From the IMG/VR virus record IMGVR_UViG_3300028888_000002: DNA of 64,000 bases. One strand, written 5' to 3'. Source of the DNA: a virus (taxonomy: Duplodnaviria > Caudoviricetes). Numbering within the stretch: the stretch's first letter is position 1; the number at the start of each line of letters is the position of its first letter. The notes beneath the pieces were generated by a model. It saw only the letters and a list, made by a program, of their open reading frames with translations, had not been told where the DNA came from and did not search any database. Positions 19,349 through 28,340 of the stretch are shown in pieces. The translations under genes were made by a program, and so were the position numbers.

Positions 19349-19460
19349 CCTTGATATGAACAAGTCCGTAGCCGAAGTGGAAGACTACTTACGGGCTAGG
19401 GAAGAAATGCTTGAAAAGGAAAAGAAGCAGGCGAAAGAAAAGAAACCTATGAGGCGGTAA
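19344..19460 (+). CDS. Probable +1 frameshift extension (gp51-like charged helix) of the chaperone
   Basis: +1 frame after CTT-TGA-C reads DLDMNKSVAEVEDYLRAREEMLEKEKKQAKEKKPMRR and stops 5 nt before the tape measure. Confidence 0.5.
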   Translation, partial: FDLDMNKSVAEVEDYLRAREEMLEKEKKQAKEKKPMRR

Positions 19461-19465
19461 CTGTT

Positions 19466-21451
19466 ATGGCGACCTTGTTTGAAAAAATGGTGGAGTTGAA
19501 AGAAAAGCGGGAAAGCCTTTCTAATCAAGGTGGACCGTTCGCTAAAACTTTGGATAAAACCATAGCGGGTATGAAGACAGTTGCTTCTGCCGTGGATAGG
19601 TTGCAGCTTGCCGTAAAGGACCAAATCGCTGCTAATGCCCTGGCAAAGAAGACAGGCGAAGCTACGGACGTTCAACAGTCTATCCGTGATTTCTTACAAA
19701 GGAAAATCGCAGAAGACGATATTGAACGGGAACGCCACAAGCGTATGATGGATATGGCTGAAAGCCTTGTCCCGAAAGTAAACGACGAACAACTGAAAGC
19801 GTTCCGCTTGCAGCAGTTGGTTGCCCGTGAGCATAAGAAGACGCTTGAAGCTACCGTTGAAATTGAGAAGAAGAAATACGACCTGCAAAAGAAATCTGCC
19901 GAAGAAATGCAGAAGCGTCGTATCAAGGCGATAGAAGCGGAACGTGCCGAAGCTAATTTTGCCATTAAGGACAAATACGGGACGATTGAATCCGCTATCG
20001 CAGGTCTAGGTAATTCGGGCGGGGACTCTCTCGGCAAGTTCCTTGTGGCGGGTCTAGGTCGCTACGTCAAGGAACGTAAAGAAACCCCGATTGAGGAAGC
20101 TACCAAAGAAAAATACGACGCTCTTGTAAATCAGCAGAACCGTATTGCCGAGGGCAAAAAGGCTTTGGCTGACAAGGAATTTGGCGTAAAGCAGGCAGAC
20201 ATTACCGAAGACTTCGCTATCCGTGCTGCAAGGCAGGGAATAGCGGACCCTGGTTCCGCAGCCAGGTTGTATGCAGAACGGGCACAGAACGTCAAGGCTA
20301 TCGCAGGGGAGGGCGAGAACCTTGAGAAACAGTTGATTTCGGGTAAGCCGAAGTTCAATGCCCCTGGAATTGAAAAGGCTGTGCGTGAAGTAGCCCAGGC
20401 TGTGAACAAGCCGAAGGAAGTATTGCCCGCAGAAGCCCCGACGCTTACACGCAGGGGTATTGAAGCAAACGTGGAACAGGCTACGGCTCCGCAAGCCGAG
20501 GTCACGAAGCCCGCACCGAAAGCCGAAGTGACGAAGCCTGCCGAACCTGCACCCAGGGTCGTTCCCGAAGAACGCCCCGAAATTGCGTCCACGCTTAAAT
20601 CGGGAATACCGAAGAAGGCTCCCGAAGCTAAACCTGCTCCGAAGAACGCCAGGTTTACGAAAGCCCCTAGACAAAGTTCGTCGTTGCTTACGCCCGTCGT
20701 AAGACGTAACGCAGCACCGCAGGCTACCGTGACTAATCCCGCTTCTACGGGTGTGTTCGGCAGCAAATCGGGTGCAGTGAACTTTAGCGGTATCGGCAAG
20801 TCGTTGGGCGGTATCGTTTCAAAGTTGGGGACTATCGCCACGTCCGCTGTAAAGTTCCTGGGTCCCTGGGCGTTGGTAGCTAATGCCATTATGTCTTTTG
20901 ACAGGCTTGTTCCCGTGGTGAGCGGGTTGGCAAGTTCTGTTATGGATATGACAAAGCTAATAATGCCCTTGATAGTGTCGTCCATAATTGAATCGGGGGC
21001 ACAGATACTAGGTGGCATTAACGGCTTGATTGAGCTGTTTGACCACAGCCGTCTGTTCGGTCGTGGTTGGTATAAGGACAACGAAGTTCAATCTATGATT
21101 TCGGAAAAGTCCGCAGCGGTTGAAAAGGACAAGGAAATGCAGCGTAAGACCAGGCGTGAAGTCACGAACGGTCCAGGCTTCGTAGATACTACGTCCGCAT
21201 ATACCCGTGGTGTCCGTGCTACCGTTACCCGCAGGGAAACCGCTCTCACGTCCCCGACCGAAGCCAACGCTATTATGGAGCAGTCCAGGGCTGCACAGGC
21301 ACCCGCACAGCCCGATTACCAGGTTGCCGATTGGCGTAATCAGCGTGAACAGAATGAAGCCCTGCGTGACGCTGTTAGGGAGTCTGCAAAGAACCCTGGC
21401 ACTACTCCGATTATGGTTGCTAACCCTGCTATGGCTCCGTGGTTTGCCTAA
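19466..21451 (+). CDS. Tape-measure-like protein
   Basis: Ala/Lys/Glu helical N half, Pro/Ala repeat (AEVTKPA x2), hydrophobic segment near C-terminus; canonical position. Confidence 0.65.
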   Translation: MATLFEKMVELKEKRESLSNQGGPFAKTLDKTIAGMKTVASAVDRLQLAVKDQIAANALAKKTGEATDVQQSIRDFLQRKIAEDDIERERHKRMMDMAESLVPKVNDEQLKAFRLQQLVAREHKKTLEATVEIEKKKYDLQKKSAEEMQKRRIKAIEAERAEANFAIKDKYGTIESAIAGLGNSGGDSLGKFLVAGLGRYVKERKETPIEEATKEKYDALVNQQNRIAEGKKALADKEFGVKQADITEDFAIRAARQGIADPGSAARLYAERAQNVKAIAGEGENLEKQLISGKPKFNAPGIEKAVREVAQAVNKPKEVLPAEAPTLTRRGIEANVEQATAPQAEVTKPAPKAEVTKPAEPAPRVVPEERPEIASTLKSGIPKKAPEAKPAPKNARFTKAPRQSSSLLTPVVRRNAAPQATVTNPASTGVFGSKSGAVNFSGIGKSLGGIVSKLGTIATSAVKFLGPWALVANAIMSFDRLVPVVSGLASSVMDMTKLIMPLIVSSIIESGAQILGGINGLIELFDHSRLFGRGWYKDNEVQSMISEKSAAVEKDKEMQRKTRREVTNGPGFVDTTSAYTRGVRATVTRRETALTSPTEANAIMEQSRAAQAPAQPDYQVADWRNQREQNEALRDAVRESAKNPGTTPIMVANPAMAPWFA

Positions 21452-21463
21452 TGAGGTTGTGTA

Positions 21464-22387
21464 ATGGAACAGACTATTGAATCACAGGAATTTCGTAGGC
21501 TCGCCCGTGCGAACTGCTATCGCTACGGGTGCCTCTATATTTACTCCGACAAGTATGTTTCACTTGACGAACACAACTTCCCGAACTACCAATGCAGGGA
21601 AGGCACGGGTTCTATTGAGAAGTTTCTTACCTTGATACAAAGCCTGGGTGCGAACGCAGGCGGTAACGACCCGAAAAGCAAGCTATCAAAACCGCTGCCA
21701 GGTGTTCAATGGCAGGGCGACAGGTTGGAGCTGTCTATCAGCCTTGACGGTGTAATGTATTTCACGGACTACCGTGACTATACCACGGTTAAGAAAAACC
21801 TGCGTTCCGAAATGTTGGCACAGGGTTGGAAGCAGTTTACTTCTAGCAGCCAACTCTTGAATATGAGTTTGGCTTCCTACAAGCCCGCCCGTGGTGGCGA
21901 CGACGCTCTTTACAACGACGACCCTATGGACGCTGCGGGAATGGCTATGATGACTTCGGCTATGCAGCACACGTCCGCACAGGCACAGATTACCGTCGGC
22001 TATGCCACAGGCAACAAAGAAATGTATGCCGAGGGCAAGGCACGTTCGGGGGCTTCTATGTCGGGTCAGTCCGCAGGCGTTCCCGTTATCGGTGGGGCTA
22101 TCGGCATTGGTGCGAATATGCAGGCGGGTTTGGAAGCTATGGGTTCCAATATGAACAGCGGTGTGGCGGGCAAGTGGATGACCGCAGGGCACCCCGTAGA
22201 ACTTATTATTGAGGGGCAGGTCGCCCGTCAAAGCGTGAACGGGGTCCTCACGTCCGCAAAGTTCACGGAAAAGGATTACGTGGTGGACGACACGTCGGGC
22301 GGTAATGTCTATCCTACCGCTATGGACGTGAGCATTACCATTACGAATATGTATGGCTCTTTGTATAACACTTCTTCTAGCGGGTAA
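21464..22387 (+). CDS. Probable baseplate/tube initiator protein
   Basis: After the tape measure; C-terminal VLTSAKFTE..YPTAMDVSITI beta motif. Confidence 0.5.
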   Translation: MEQTIESQEFRRLARANCYRYGCLYIYSDKYVSLDEHNFPNYQCREGTGSIEKFLTLIQSLGANAGGNDPKSKLSKPLPGVQWQGDRLELSISLDGVMYFTDYRDYTTVKKNLRSEMLAQGWKQFTSSSQLLNMSLASYKPARGGDDALYNDDPMDAAGMAMMTSAMQHTSAQAQITVGYATGNKEMYAEGKARSGASMSGQSAGVPVIGGAIGIGANMQAGLEAMGSNMNSGVAGKWMTAGHPVELIIEGQVARQSVNGVLTSAKFTEKDYVVDDTSGGNVYPTAMDVSITITNMYGSLYNTSSSG

Positions 22388-22392
22388 CGTGT

Positions 22393-22659
22393 ATGGCAGA
22401 TTCTAAAACGATTGAACGGTTCCTGGATAACAACAGCGGAATGAACCCTCAGTGCGTTATGGGTTACGTCGTGGTGGCTGACTTGAAGACACGCTACCGT
22501 CCCGACAAGTTGTTCCCCAGGGACCAATATATGAAGTGGGATATGATTTATAACGGCATAGACACCCCGCACCGTTTGGCTAGGGGTGCTGCCGTCGCAC
22601 CTATTGACAGGACGTGGCTTGCCACGGAATTGAACGAACAAAAGGATTTCAAGATATAA
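22393..22659 (+). CDS. Small baseplate protein (LysM/gp53-like by position)
   Basis: RPDKL..WDMIYNGI.TP..LARG pattern. Confidence 0.45.
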   Translation: MADSKTIERFLDNNSGMNPQCVMGYVVVADLKTRYRPDKLFPRDQYMKWDMIYNGIDTPHRLARGAAVAPIDRTWLATELNEQKDFKI

Positions 22660-23462
22660 TGATTGGTTGCGACCTCGGAAACATTGACGAAGTTATAGTC
22701 CGCAGGGCTTTGTCGGGCTATACCTTTGCGGAATTTGCCGTCCCTATGGCTTCTTACTCCGATTCCCCGAAGTTCACGCTTACGATTGAAGACGTGAAAC
22801 AGGAATACAAGGTGGCGGGCAGCGAAGTGTATATGCACGTTGGCGAGAAGACCCAGGTCAAGATTTCTGCCCTGCTAGGTTCCCAGGAAAAGTGGATGCA
22901 GTCTTCACCTATGTCCGTTGAAAGTGCCGAAGCTGCCGAAATCCTAAAAGGTCTAGGTATTGCCGACGGACCTAAAATCCCGATTACGTTCTTGAACCTG
23001 TTTTTGAATAACGGGCAGTTGGCTATCCTGCTTGCGAATATGTCCCCGAAATTTGCATTCGTGGACTTTGAAAAGGAAAAGGTCGTTTACTATTCCGACC
23101 TGTATAAGCAGAAGCCCGTCCAGGTCCAGGTCCCGTTCCGTCGCCTTTACGGGCGTTCCCCGATTGCGGGGTTTATCGGTTGGGAAGAAACGGTCACGGG
23201 TTCCTATCCCGACGACGCACAGACTATTCTGCCGTTCGGACAGTTCACGAATACGGACCAGGCTGTTATGAGTAACGTGGTGAACAACTGCAACGAAATT
23301 GCAAAGCTGTTTAGCGATATGCAGATTTTCACATACTCGCAGCTTTTGGAAATCGGGTCCACGGTAGTTAGTTCCTTGACTTATGACAAGAAAGTAATCG
23401 TTGCGTCCGAAGAACATTACGACAAGAACAGCAACGTTTCGGCAGTCTATTACTGTATGTAA
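22659..23462 (+). CDS. Probable baseplate hub protein
   Basis: TAATG overlap start at 22659; last gene of the tail block. Confidence 0.5.
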   Translation: MIGCDLGNIDEVIVRRALSGYTFAEFAVPMASYSDSPKFTLTIEDVKQEYKVAGSEVYMHVGEKTQVKISALLGSQEKWMQSSPMSVESAEAAEILKGLGIADGPKIPITFLNLFLNNGQLAILLANMSPKFAFVDFEKEKVVYYSDLYKQKPVQVQVPFRRLYGRSPIAGFIGWEETVTGSYPDDAQTILPFGQFTNTDQAVMSNVVNNCNEIAKLFSDMQIFTYSQLLEIGSTVVSSLTYDKKVIVASEEHYDKNSNVSAVYYCM

Positions 23463-23495
23463 GAAAAATATAACATTTATTTTTGAGAATACCTG

Positions 23496-23524
23496 TTGAC
23501 AGATAGCAGGTAATTTGTTATATT
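23496..23524 (+). promoter_or_regulatory. Early promoter P1
   Basis: TTGACA-17 nt-TATATT, spacer contains CAGGTAATTTGT. Confidence 0.85.
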
Positions 23525-23570
23525 ATAGGCGTAAAGGATAGACAACCACTTCCAAACCGAGGATAAATAA

Positions 23571-23903
23571 ATGGCAAATGTAAAACTCACCTATCGTAGC
23601 AATGGCAAGAAACGCAAAGAATGGTTCGCCAAGTGTGAGGGTAATAAAGAGGGCGTGTTTATCACTGCTACTTATAGTCCGTTCTATGAAGTATGGGGCT
23701 TTGAAGCATACACTTACAAAATTCTCAAAGAGGGCGGTGCCAAGAAGATTGATTTCTGCCTTGTTAATGTGGATGGCGTTGCCATTGACGATATTAAGTT
23801 GAAGGTTTCTCTTGACGACCGTGACAGCGTGTTAGCTATGGCTCAAAAGGTCGCTACCGCAGTTTATGAAAAGAGCGTTTACTTTAACAAGAAAACCGCA
23901 TAA
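23571..23903 (+). CDS. Hypothetical protein
   Basis: CCGAGGA RBS after P1. Confidence 0.75.
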   Translation: MANVKLTYRSNGKKRKEWFAKCEGNKEGVFITATYSPFYEVWGFEAYTYKILKEGGAKKIDFCLVNVDGVAIDDIKLKVSLDDRDSVLAMAQKVATAVYEKSVYFNKKTA

Positions 23904-23918
23904 CCGAGGAAAATCATT

Positions 23919-24233
23919 ATGGCAAGATATACTACATTCTCTTTTACCGTGGACGACCTGTTTAACGGTTTGAACAACTCCGACAACTTCACGTCCGTCC
24001 AGGTTCGGACCAGGGATTACAGCGACGGGTATAACCGCATTATGGCTGCTGCAAAGGCACAGTTCGCAGAGGGGACTACGCTTCGCTATGACGTGACGGA
24101 AGGCTGCGTTGATGATTCCAGGTTCGTAATGGACGGTTCCCGTTATACGGTCGTGCAGAGCAAGGACTTTTTCAAACGCCCGCTTCCTGCTACCCTTGAA
24201 GAATACCGAAACGCAGACAAGGACGACGGCTAG
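23919..24233 (+). CDS. Hypothetical protein
   Basis: CCGAGGA RBS. Confidence 0.75.
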   Translation: MARYTTFSFTVDDLFNGLNNSDNFTSVQVRTRDYSDGYNRIMAAAKAQFAEGTTLRYDVTEGCVDDSRFVMDGSRYTVVQSKDFFKRPLPATLEEYRNADKDDG

Positions 24234-24380
24234 TAATGGCTTAATCACAGTCTGCACAGTTTATTCACAGTTGTTAATATACTATATTTGAAATAGGGTG
24301 CCCCAAATGTTCTATTGGGTTTAACGTGTTACCTCTTGTTAATGGGGCACCCCAAAATTTTTTACTAGGAGTGACCGCCT

Positions 24381-25121
24381 ATGTCTTTGAAGATACGACT
24401 TCACGAATCAAGCGTGACCCGCATTATGTCACACTTGAAGAACTACGACTGCGGGACCATTACTGCGTTCCGTGGAACCTGTGCAAACGCTACGGACAAC
24501 ACCCTGGATTCCGTCAAGGAATACGAGGGTAAGTCTATCCCGCTTTCTGTAAAGAAGCAGTGGAACCGTGACTTGAAAGCAGCCCTGCTCAAGTTGGGCT
24601 ACGGTGTGACCGCTATCAAGGGTCGCTACCGTGAAGACGGTTGGGACACCGCTTCGGATGAAGAATCGTTCTTTGTCGTGAACCTTACCGACGACCCCGA
24701 CTTTATCAAGAATATGGCTCGCCTGGGCGAAGCCTACAACCAGGATAGCATCTTGATTAAGGAAAAGGGCAGCGACAACGCCTACCTGTTGGGAACCAAC
24801 ACTAGCGAGGGTGACTTTGACCCCGCCCTGGGCGAAACGCAGGACATTGGTAAGCTGCACGTAAATATCCCGTTGGACTACCTGGGTGCTTCGTCCGTTA
24901 TCGGTAACAAGGCATTCATTTTCAAGGGTGACGACGATGGCAAGAACGAAGCCAACGGCAATCCGTTTTCGCTTGACACGTTCTTTGCTTATGGCAATTA
25001 CAGTAAGAGCGGTATTGCCCAACGTGCGAAGCCCGTGTTGGAAGCCCTGGGTCTGCCGACAAGTCGCCCGATAGCTGCATATAAGCAGGCGTTGGACGCT
25101 TCCCTGTCTTTCAATAAGTAG
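24381..25121 (+). CDS. DUF3293-like protein with tag A (putative cargo)
   Basis: MSLKIRLHE-SS; GTITAFR..NRDLKAAL..GY..IKGRYRE..EESFFV..GEAYNQDSIL motifs. Confidence 0.7.
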   Translation: MSLKIRLHESSVTRIMSHLKNYDCGTITAFRGTCANATDNTLDSVKEYEGKSIPLSVKKQWNRDLKAALLKLGYGVTAIKGRYREDGWDTASDEESFFVVNLTDDPDFIKNMARLGEAYNQDSILIKEKGSDNAYLLGTNTSEGDFDPALGETQDIGKLHVNIPLDYLGASSVIGNKAFIFKGDDDGKNEANGNPFSLDTFFAYGNYSKSGIAQRAKPVLEALGLPTSRPIAAYKQALDASLSFNK

Positions 25122-25139
25122 CCTAGCGACTATATGATT

Positions 25140-25206
25140 ATCGGGCACTCCCGCATTTGTATCGTTCAAAGTGTATAATGCCCCCTTTGGGAGTGCCCGA
25201 TTTTTT
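25140..25206 (+). terminator. Large-loop hairpin terminator
   Basis: ATCGGGCACTCCC / GGGAGTGCCCGAT then T tract. Confidence 0.6.
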
Positions 25207-25225
25207 ACTAAACCGAGGAAAAACG

Positions 25226-25618
25226 ATGGCTCATAAAAACGCCCCGAAAGTTACCCCCGCTTCTGCGGAAATGAAATACGCTGCCGACATTACAAAGAAA
25301 GCGAAAGAATACGCCCCTATGTTCAAGGAAGCGTTCCCGACAGAATCCGCTTTGCTTATTGCCCTTGACAATGCCGTGAGGTTCCTGTCAACGTCCTATT
25401 TGGCTTTGAACGGCAACGTGACCGCAGATTACTTCTGCCTGCACAGCCCGCTTGCGAACTATCCCGACCAACTGCTTTCCTTGATGGTCCTGTTCGTGGA
25501 CTGCGGTGTGTTTGTTCCGACGGACGAAAACCACTTGACGTTCTCACTTGCCTGTGCGAACACCTGGAAGTTCGTAGGTTTTCAAGCGGACGCACCGCAG
25601 GGGGAAGTCAGTAAGTGA
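25226..25618 (+). CDS. Hypothetical protein
   Basis: CCGAGGA RBS before ATG 25226. Confidence 0.7.
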   Translation: MAHKNAPKVTPASAEMKYAADITKKAKEYAPMFKEAFPTESALLIALDNAVRFLSTSYLALNGNVTADYFCLHSPLANYPDQLLSLMVLFVDCGVFVPTDENHLTFSLACANTWKFVGFQADAPQGEVSK

Positions 25619-25794
25619 GCCGTCATAAGAAATACCCTGTAAGCACTCACGAAGATTCCGATATGGTGACAGTCCCGAAATGGGAATACGACACCCTGCG
25701 TGAAATCGCCAAACTTCACACAGACCTGTTGGAGCGGGTCCGTGTAAAGCTGCCCACGGTCTATACCGATTTCAAGAAAGCCCACGGGGAATAA
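25615..25794 (+). CDS. 59-aa hypothetical protein (absent from ORF track)
   Basis: GTGA overlap with the previous stop; GGGGA RBS. Confidence 0.55.
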   Translation: MSRHKKYPVSTHEDSDMVTVPKWEYDTLREIAKLHTDLLERVRVKLPTVYTDFKKAHGE

Positions 25795-25822
25795 CAAAAT
25801 TCAAAAATTTTTAGATTACCTG

Positions 25823-25851
25823 TTGACACACAGCAGGTAATTTGTTATATT
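25823..25851 (+). promoter_or_regulatory. Early promoter P2
   Basis: TTGACA-17-TATATT. Confidence 0.85.
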
Positions 25852-25895
25852 TACAGCGTAAAGAAACGACAACCACTTTAACCGAGGATAGTTCT

Positions 25896-26339
25896 ATGCA
25901 GAACGAAGTTGAAAGTATGAACAAGAAATCAAAGAAGTCGCCCGCAGTGCATTCTATTGAATCCTATGCGGGAAAGTGGGTCCGTATTAAGGACGGAAAT
26001 TTTAGGGCACACAGGCTTCCACACAAAAAGACGGGGCGTTCCGAAGTAGGAATACGCTACCTGTATCGTGGAGTGTTTATTGAATGCGGGGGCTACTTTC
26101 AGCCCGACCATTCTGTTGTATGGTATGGCATAGACGAAGACGGCACGTGTGCATTCGCACACTGCTTTGACCTTTATTCCTGCAAGAAGTTCATTGACGA
26201 CGACCTTGCGGACCTTGAAAAGAAAGGTCGTAAGTTTTCGTATAGCGACGAAGCCTTTGCCAAAATGCAAAGCCTGTTCACGCTTTTGGGCGGGACCATT
26301 GACTTGAAAGAATTTTATATCAAGTATAGGAACAAGTAA
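25896..26339 (+). CDS. Hypothetical protein
   Basis: Start moved to ATG 25896 after CCGAGGA. Confidence 0.7.
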   Translation: MQNEVESMNKKSKKSPAVHSIESYAGKWVRIKDGNFRAHRLPHKKTGRSEVGIRYLYRGVFIECGGYFQPDHSVVWYGIDEDGTCAFAHCFDLYSCKKFIDDDLADLEKKGRKFSYSDEAFAKMQSLFTLLGGTIDLKEFYIKYRNK

Positions 26340-27143
26340 ATGAAAAACCGAATAATCTTGATTACGGGTCGTATCGGCAGCGGTAAGTCTGCCGTGGCTT
26401 CTATGCTCCGCAAGCGTCACCACTGCGAAGTGAGCGTTGACGAATTTTCAAAGTGGTTCCTTGATGCGGACTGCACGAAAAAGAAGTTGGCGAAGCTGTT
26501 TCCTGGTGAAGTCCTGCATTCCGACGGGAACGTGAACCGTGCATTCCTGCAAGAGAATTTCTTTAAGGACAAGTTCGCTCCGCAGCGAAAGAAGTTTGAA
26601 ATGTTCGTGTTCAACGCATTTCGTCAATTCTTGCCGAAGTATTTGGGGAAGACTTGCGAGGACGTTCCCGTGTTCATTGAAGTCCACGAATCGGAACGTG
26701 TCGTGCAGTTGTTCAAGACGCTCCCGAACTATTCCCGAAAGATTGTAGTCCGTGCAAACAAGGACTTGCGTTACGAACGTGTGCAGCAGCGTAGCGGGCT
26801 TACCGTTGAACAGATTGCCGAACGTGACAACTTGCAGCAGGACTGCCCGATTGAAAAGGGCGACGTGGTTATATCCAATGAGGGTTCCCTTGAAACCCTT
26901 GAAAAGCAGGTGCTTGTCGCCCTGCGGGACCTGTTGGATATTACCGACAAGGAACGGGAAGCCGTGTTCGCAAGCAACCTGTCTATGTTTGCCCTGGACG
27001 TAAAGAGCCGTGTCCACTGCTACCTGTATAATACGTTCTGTGGCGGGTGCGTTCATTGTCCGCTTCCGTGCCCTCTGTATGACGAAAAGGACAGCAAGCA
27101 AAAATTGTGTGAAAATTTTAAATTATCTATTGACAAGGGCTAG
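26340..27143 (+). CDS. coaE: Dephospho-CoA kinase with Cys-rich C-terminal extension
   Basis: ITGRIGSGKS P-loop, G.VNRAFL, lid R.ERVQQRSGLT.EQI.ER..LQ, DVVISNEGSLE.LEKQV. Confidence 0.8.
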   Translation: MKNRIILITGRIGSGKSAVASMLRKRHHCEVSVDEFSKWFLDADCTKKKLAKLFPGEVLHSDGNVNRAFLQENFFKDKFAPQRKKFEMFVFNAFRQFLPKYLGKTCEDVPVFIEVHESERVVQLFKTLPNYSRKIVVRANKDLRYERVQQRSGLTVEQIAERDNLQQDCPIEKGDVVISNEGSLETLEKQVLVALRDLLDITDKEREAVFASNLSMFALDVKSRVHCYLYNTFCGGCVHCPLPCPLYDEKDSKQKLCENFKLSIDKG

Positions 27144-27158
27144 GTAATTAGTTATATT
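27130..27158 (+). promoter_or_regulatory. Early promoter P3
   Basis: TTGACA-17-TATATT. Confidence 0.85.
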
Positions 27159-27193
27159 GTAGGCAACCACAAACTTAAACCGAGGATAATCAA

Positions 27194-27427
27194 ATGAAAA
27201 AAGTTATCGTTTACAAGTGCCACGACCGTCACACCGACGACGTAATCAAGATTTACGAATACACCCCCGAAAATCTTGTAGCAGTCAAGAACAAGGTAAT
27301 CAAGGATTGGAACAGCCCTAGTTCCCCAGGCACCGAACTTTGTTACGACGGTTGGGACTTTGAATACGGTTGGGGCGAAGACTACTATTCGTCCTACAAG
27401 GTCGTTGACGTTTTGCAGGCTGTCTAG
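27194..27427 (+). CDS. Hypothetical protein
   Basis: CCGAGGA RBS. Confidence 0.7.
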   Translation: MKKVIVYKCHDRHTDDVIKIYEYTPENLVAVKNKVIKDWNSPSSPGTELCYDGWDFEYGWGEDYYSSYKVVDVLQAV

Positions 27428-27456
27428 CCGTCACACTCCCGACAAAGGAAATCGCT

Positions 27457-27762
27457 ATGAAGAAAATCGCATTGGCGGTTCTTACCGCTACCGTGTTCTC
27501 TAACGCCCAAATGAGTATGCTTTCCTATATGGAAGCGTCCGATGCGAGCGACAACGCCCGTGCAGCAAAGCAGGCAGCAGCCGAAAGCCAACGTGCCGTG
27601 GAAGGTGTTAAGGGTGATGTTAAAATGCTCGCCCGAAAGGTTGTGCTGTTGACGGATTCCCTGCATACGCTTCACGTCAAGTTGGACTCCATTGAAGCAC
27701 AGAACAAAGAAATCCTGGAAATCTTGAAGACTTCTAAAATCATTAAAACCAAAAACCGCTAA
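27457..27762 (+). CDS. Secreted coiled-coil protein
   Basis: Signal peptide MKKIALAVLTATVFSNA; heptad repeats. Confidence 0.65.
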   Translation: MKKIALAVLTATVFSNAQMSMLSYMEASDASDNARAAKQAAAESQRAVEGVKGDVKMLARKVVLLTDSLHTLHVKLDSIEAQNKEILEILKTSKIIKTKNR

Positions 27763-27782
27763 CAACAAAGGAAAACCAAACA

Positions 27783-28337
27783 ATGAAAAATCCGTTCTTA
27801 ATCGCTATTGCCGTTCTCGTTATGTGCGGTGCTATCGCCCTTGCCTGCGTCTTTGGGGTTCAAGGTTCACAGAACTCTGCTATTGCAAAGGAACAGGTTG
27901 TTGAGAGTGCTGAAAGCGACCTCAACGCAGAATATAACCGCAGAAACGGTTTGCTCCGAAACCTGGCAGAAGCCGTGAAGTCCTACGACAAGCACGAAGC
28001 CGAAGTGCTTGTGCAGTTGTCCGAAGCCCGCACCCCAAAGGAGGGCGACGGGAATGTAAACGCTTCGCTTTATTTGAAGGGTGTCGTTGAGCGATACCCG
28101 CAGTTGAGAAGCATAGAAAACTATGACCGCTATATGAGTGAGCTTGCGATGACCGAAAATCGCATTGACAGTCACCGCACCTACTATAATGCAGGCGTTA
28201 AGGATTACAAGCGATACGTCCGCAGCTTCCCGACCCGCCTGTTCCTGGATTGGGTTGGCTACGAAGAAAAGGACTATGGCTACTTGAAGTTTGAACACGC
28301 CCCTGTTGACGCTCCGACGGGATTGCTGAAGGACTAA
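27783..28337 (+). CDS. lemA: LemA family protein
   Basis: N-terminal TM; YNRR..L.NL.E.VK.Y..HE; VVERYPQL; EL..TENRI..R..YN..V..Y...VR.FP. Confidence 0.88.
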   Translation: MKNPFLIAIAVLVMCGAIALACVFGVQGSQNSAIAKEQVVESAESDLNAEYNRRNGLLRNLAEAVKSYDKHEAEVLVQLSEARTPKEGDGNVNASLYLKGVVERYPQLRSIENYDRYMSELAMTENRIDSHRTYYNAGVKDYKRYVRSFPTRLFLDWVGYEEKDYGYLKFEHAPVDAPTGLLKD

Positions 28338-28340
28338 TCT

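Noticed and set aside
20484-20552. AEVTKPA repeat in the tape-measure-like gene
   Set aside because: Ordinary two-copy low-complexity linker repeat
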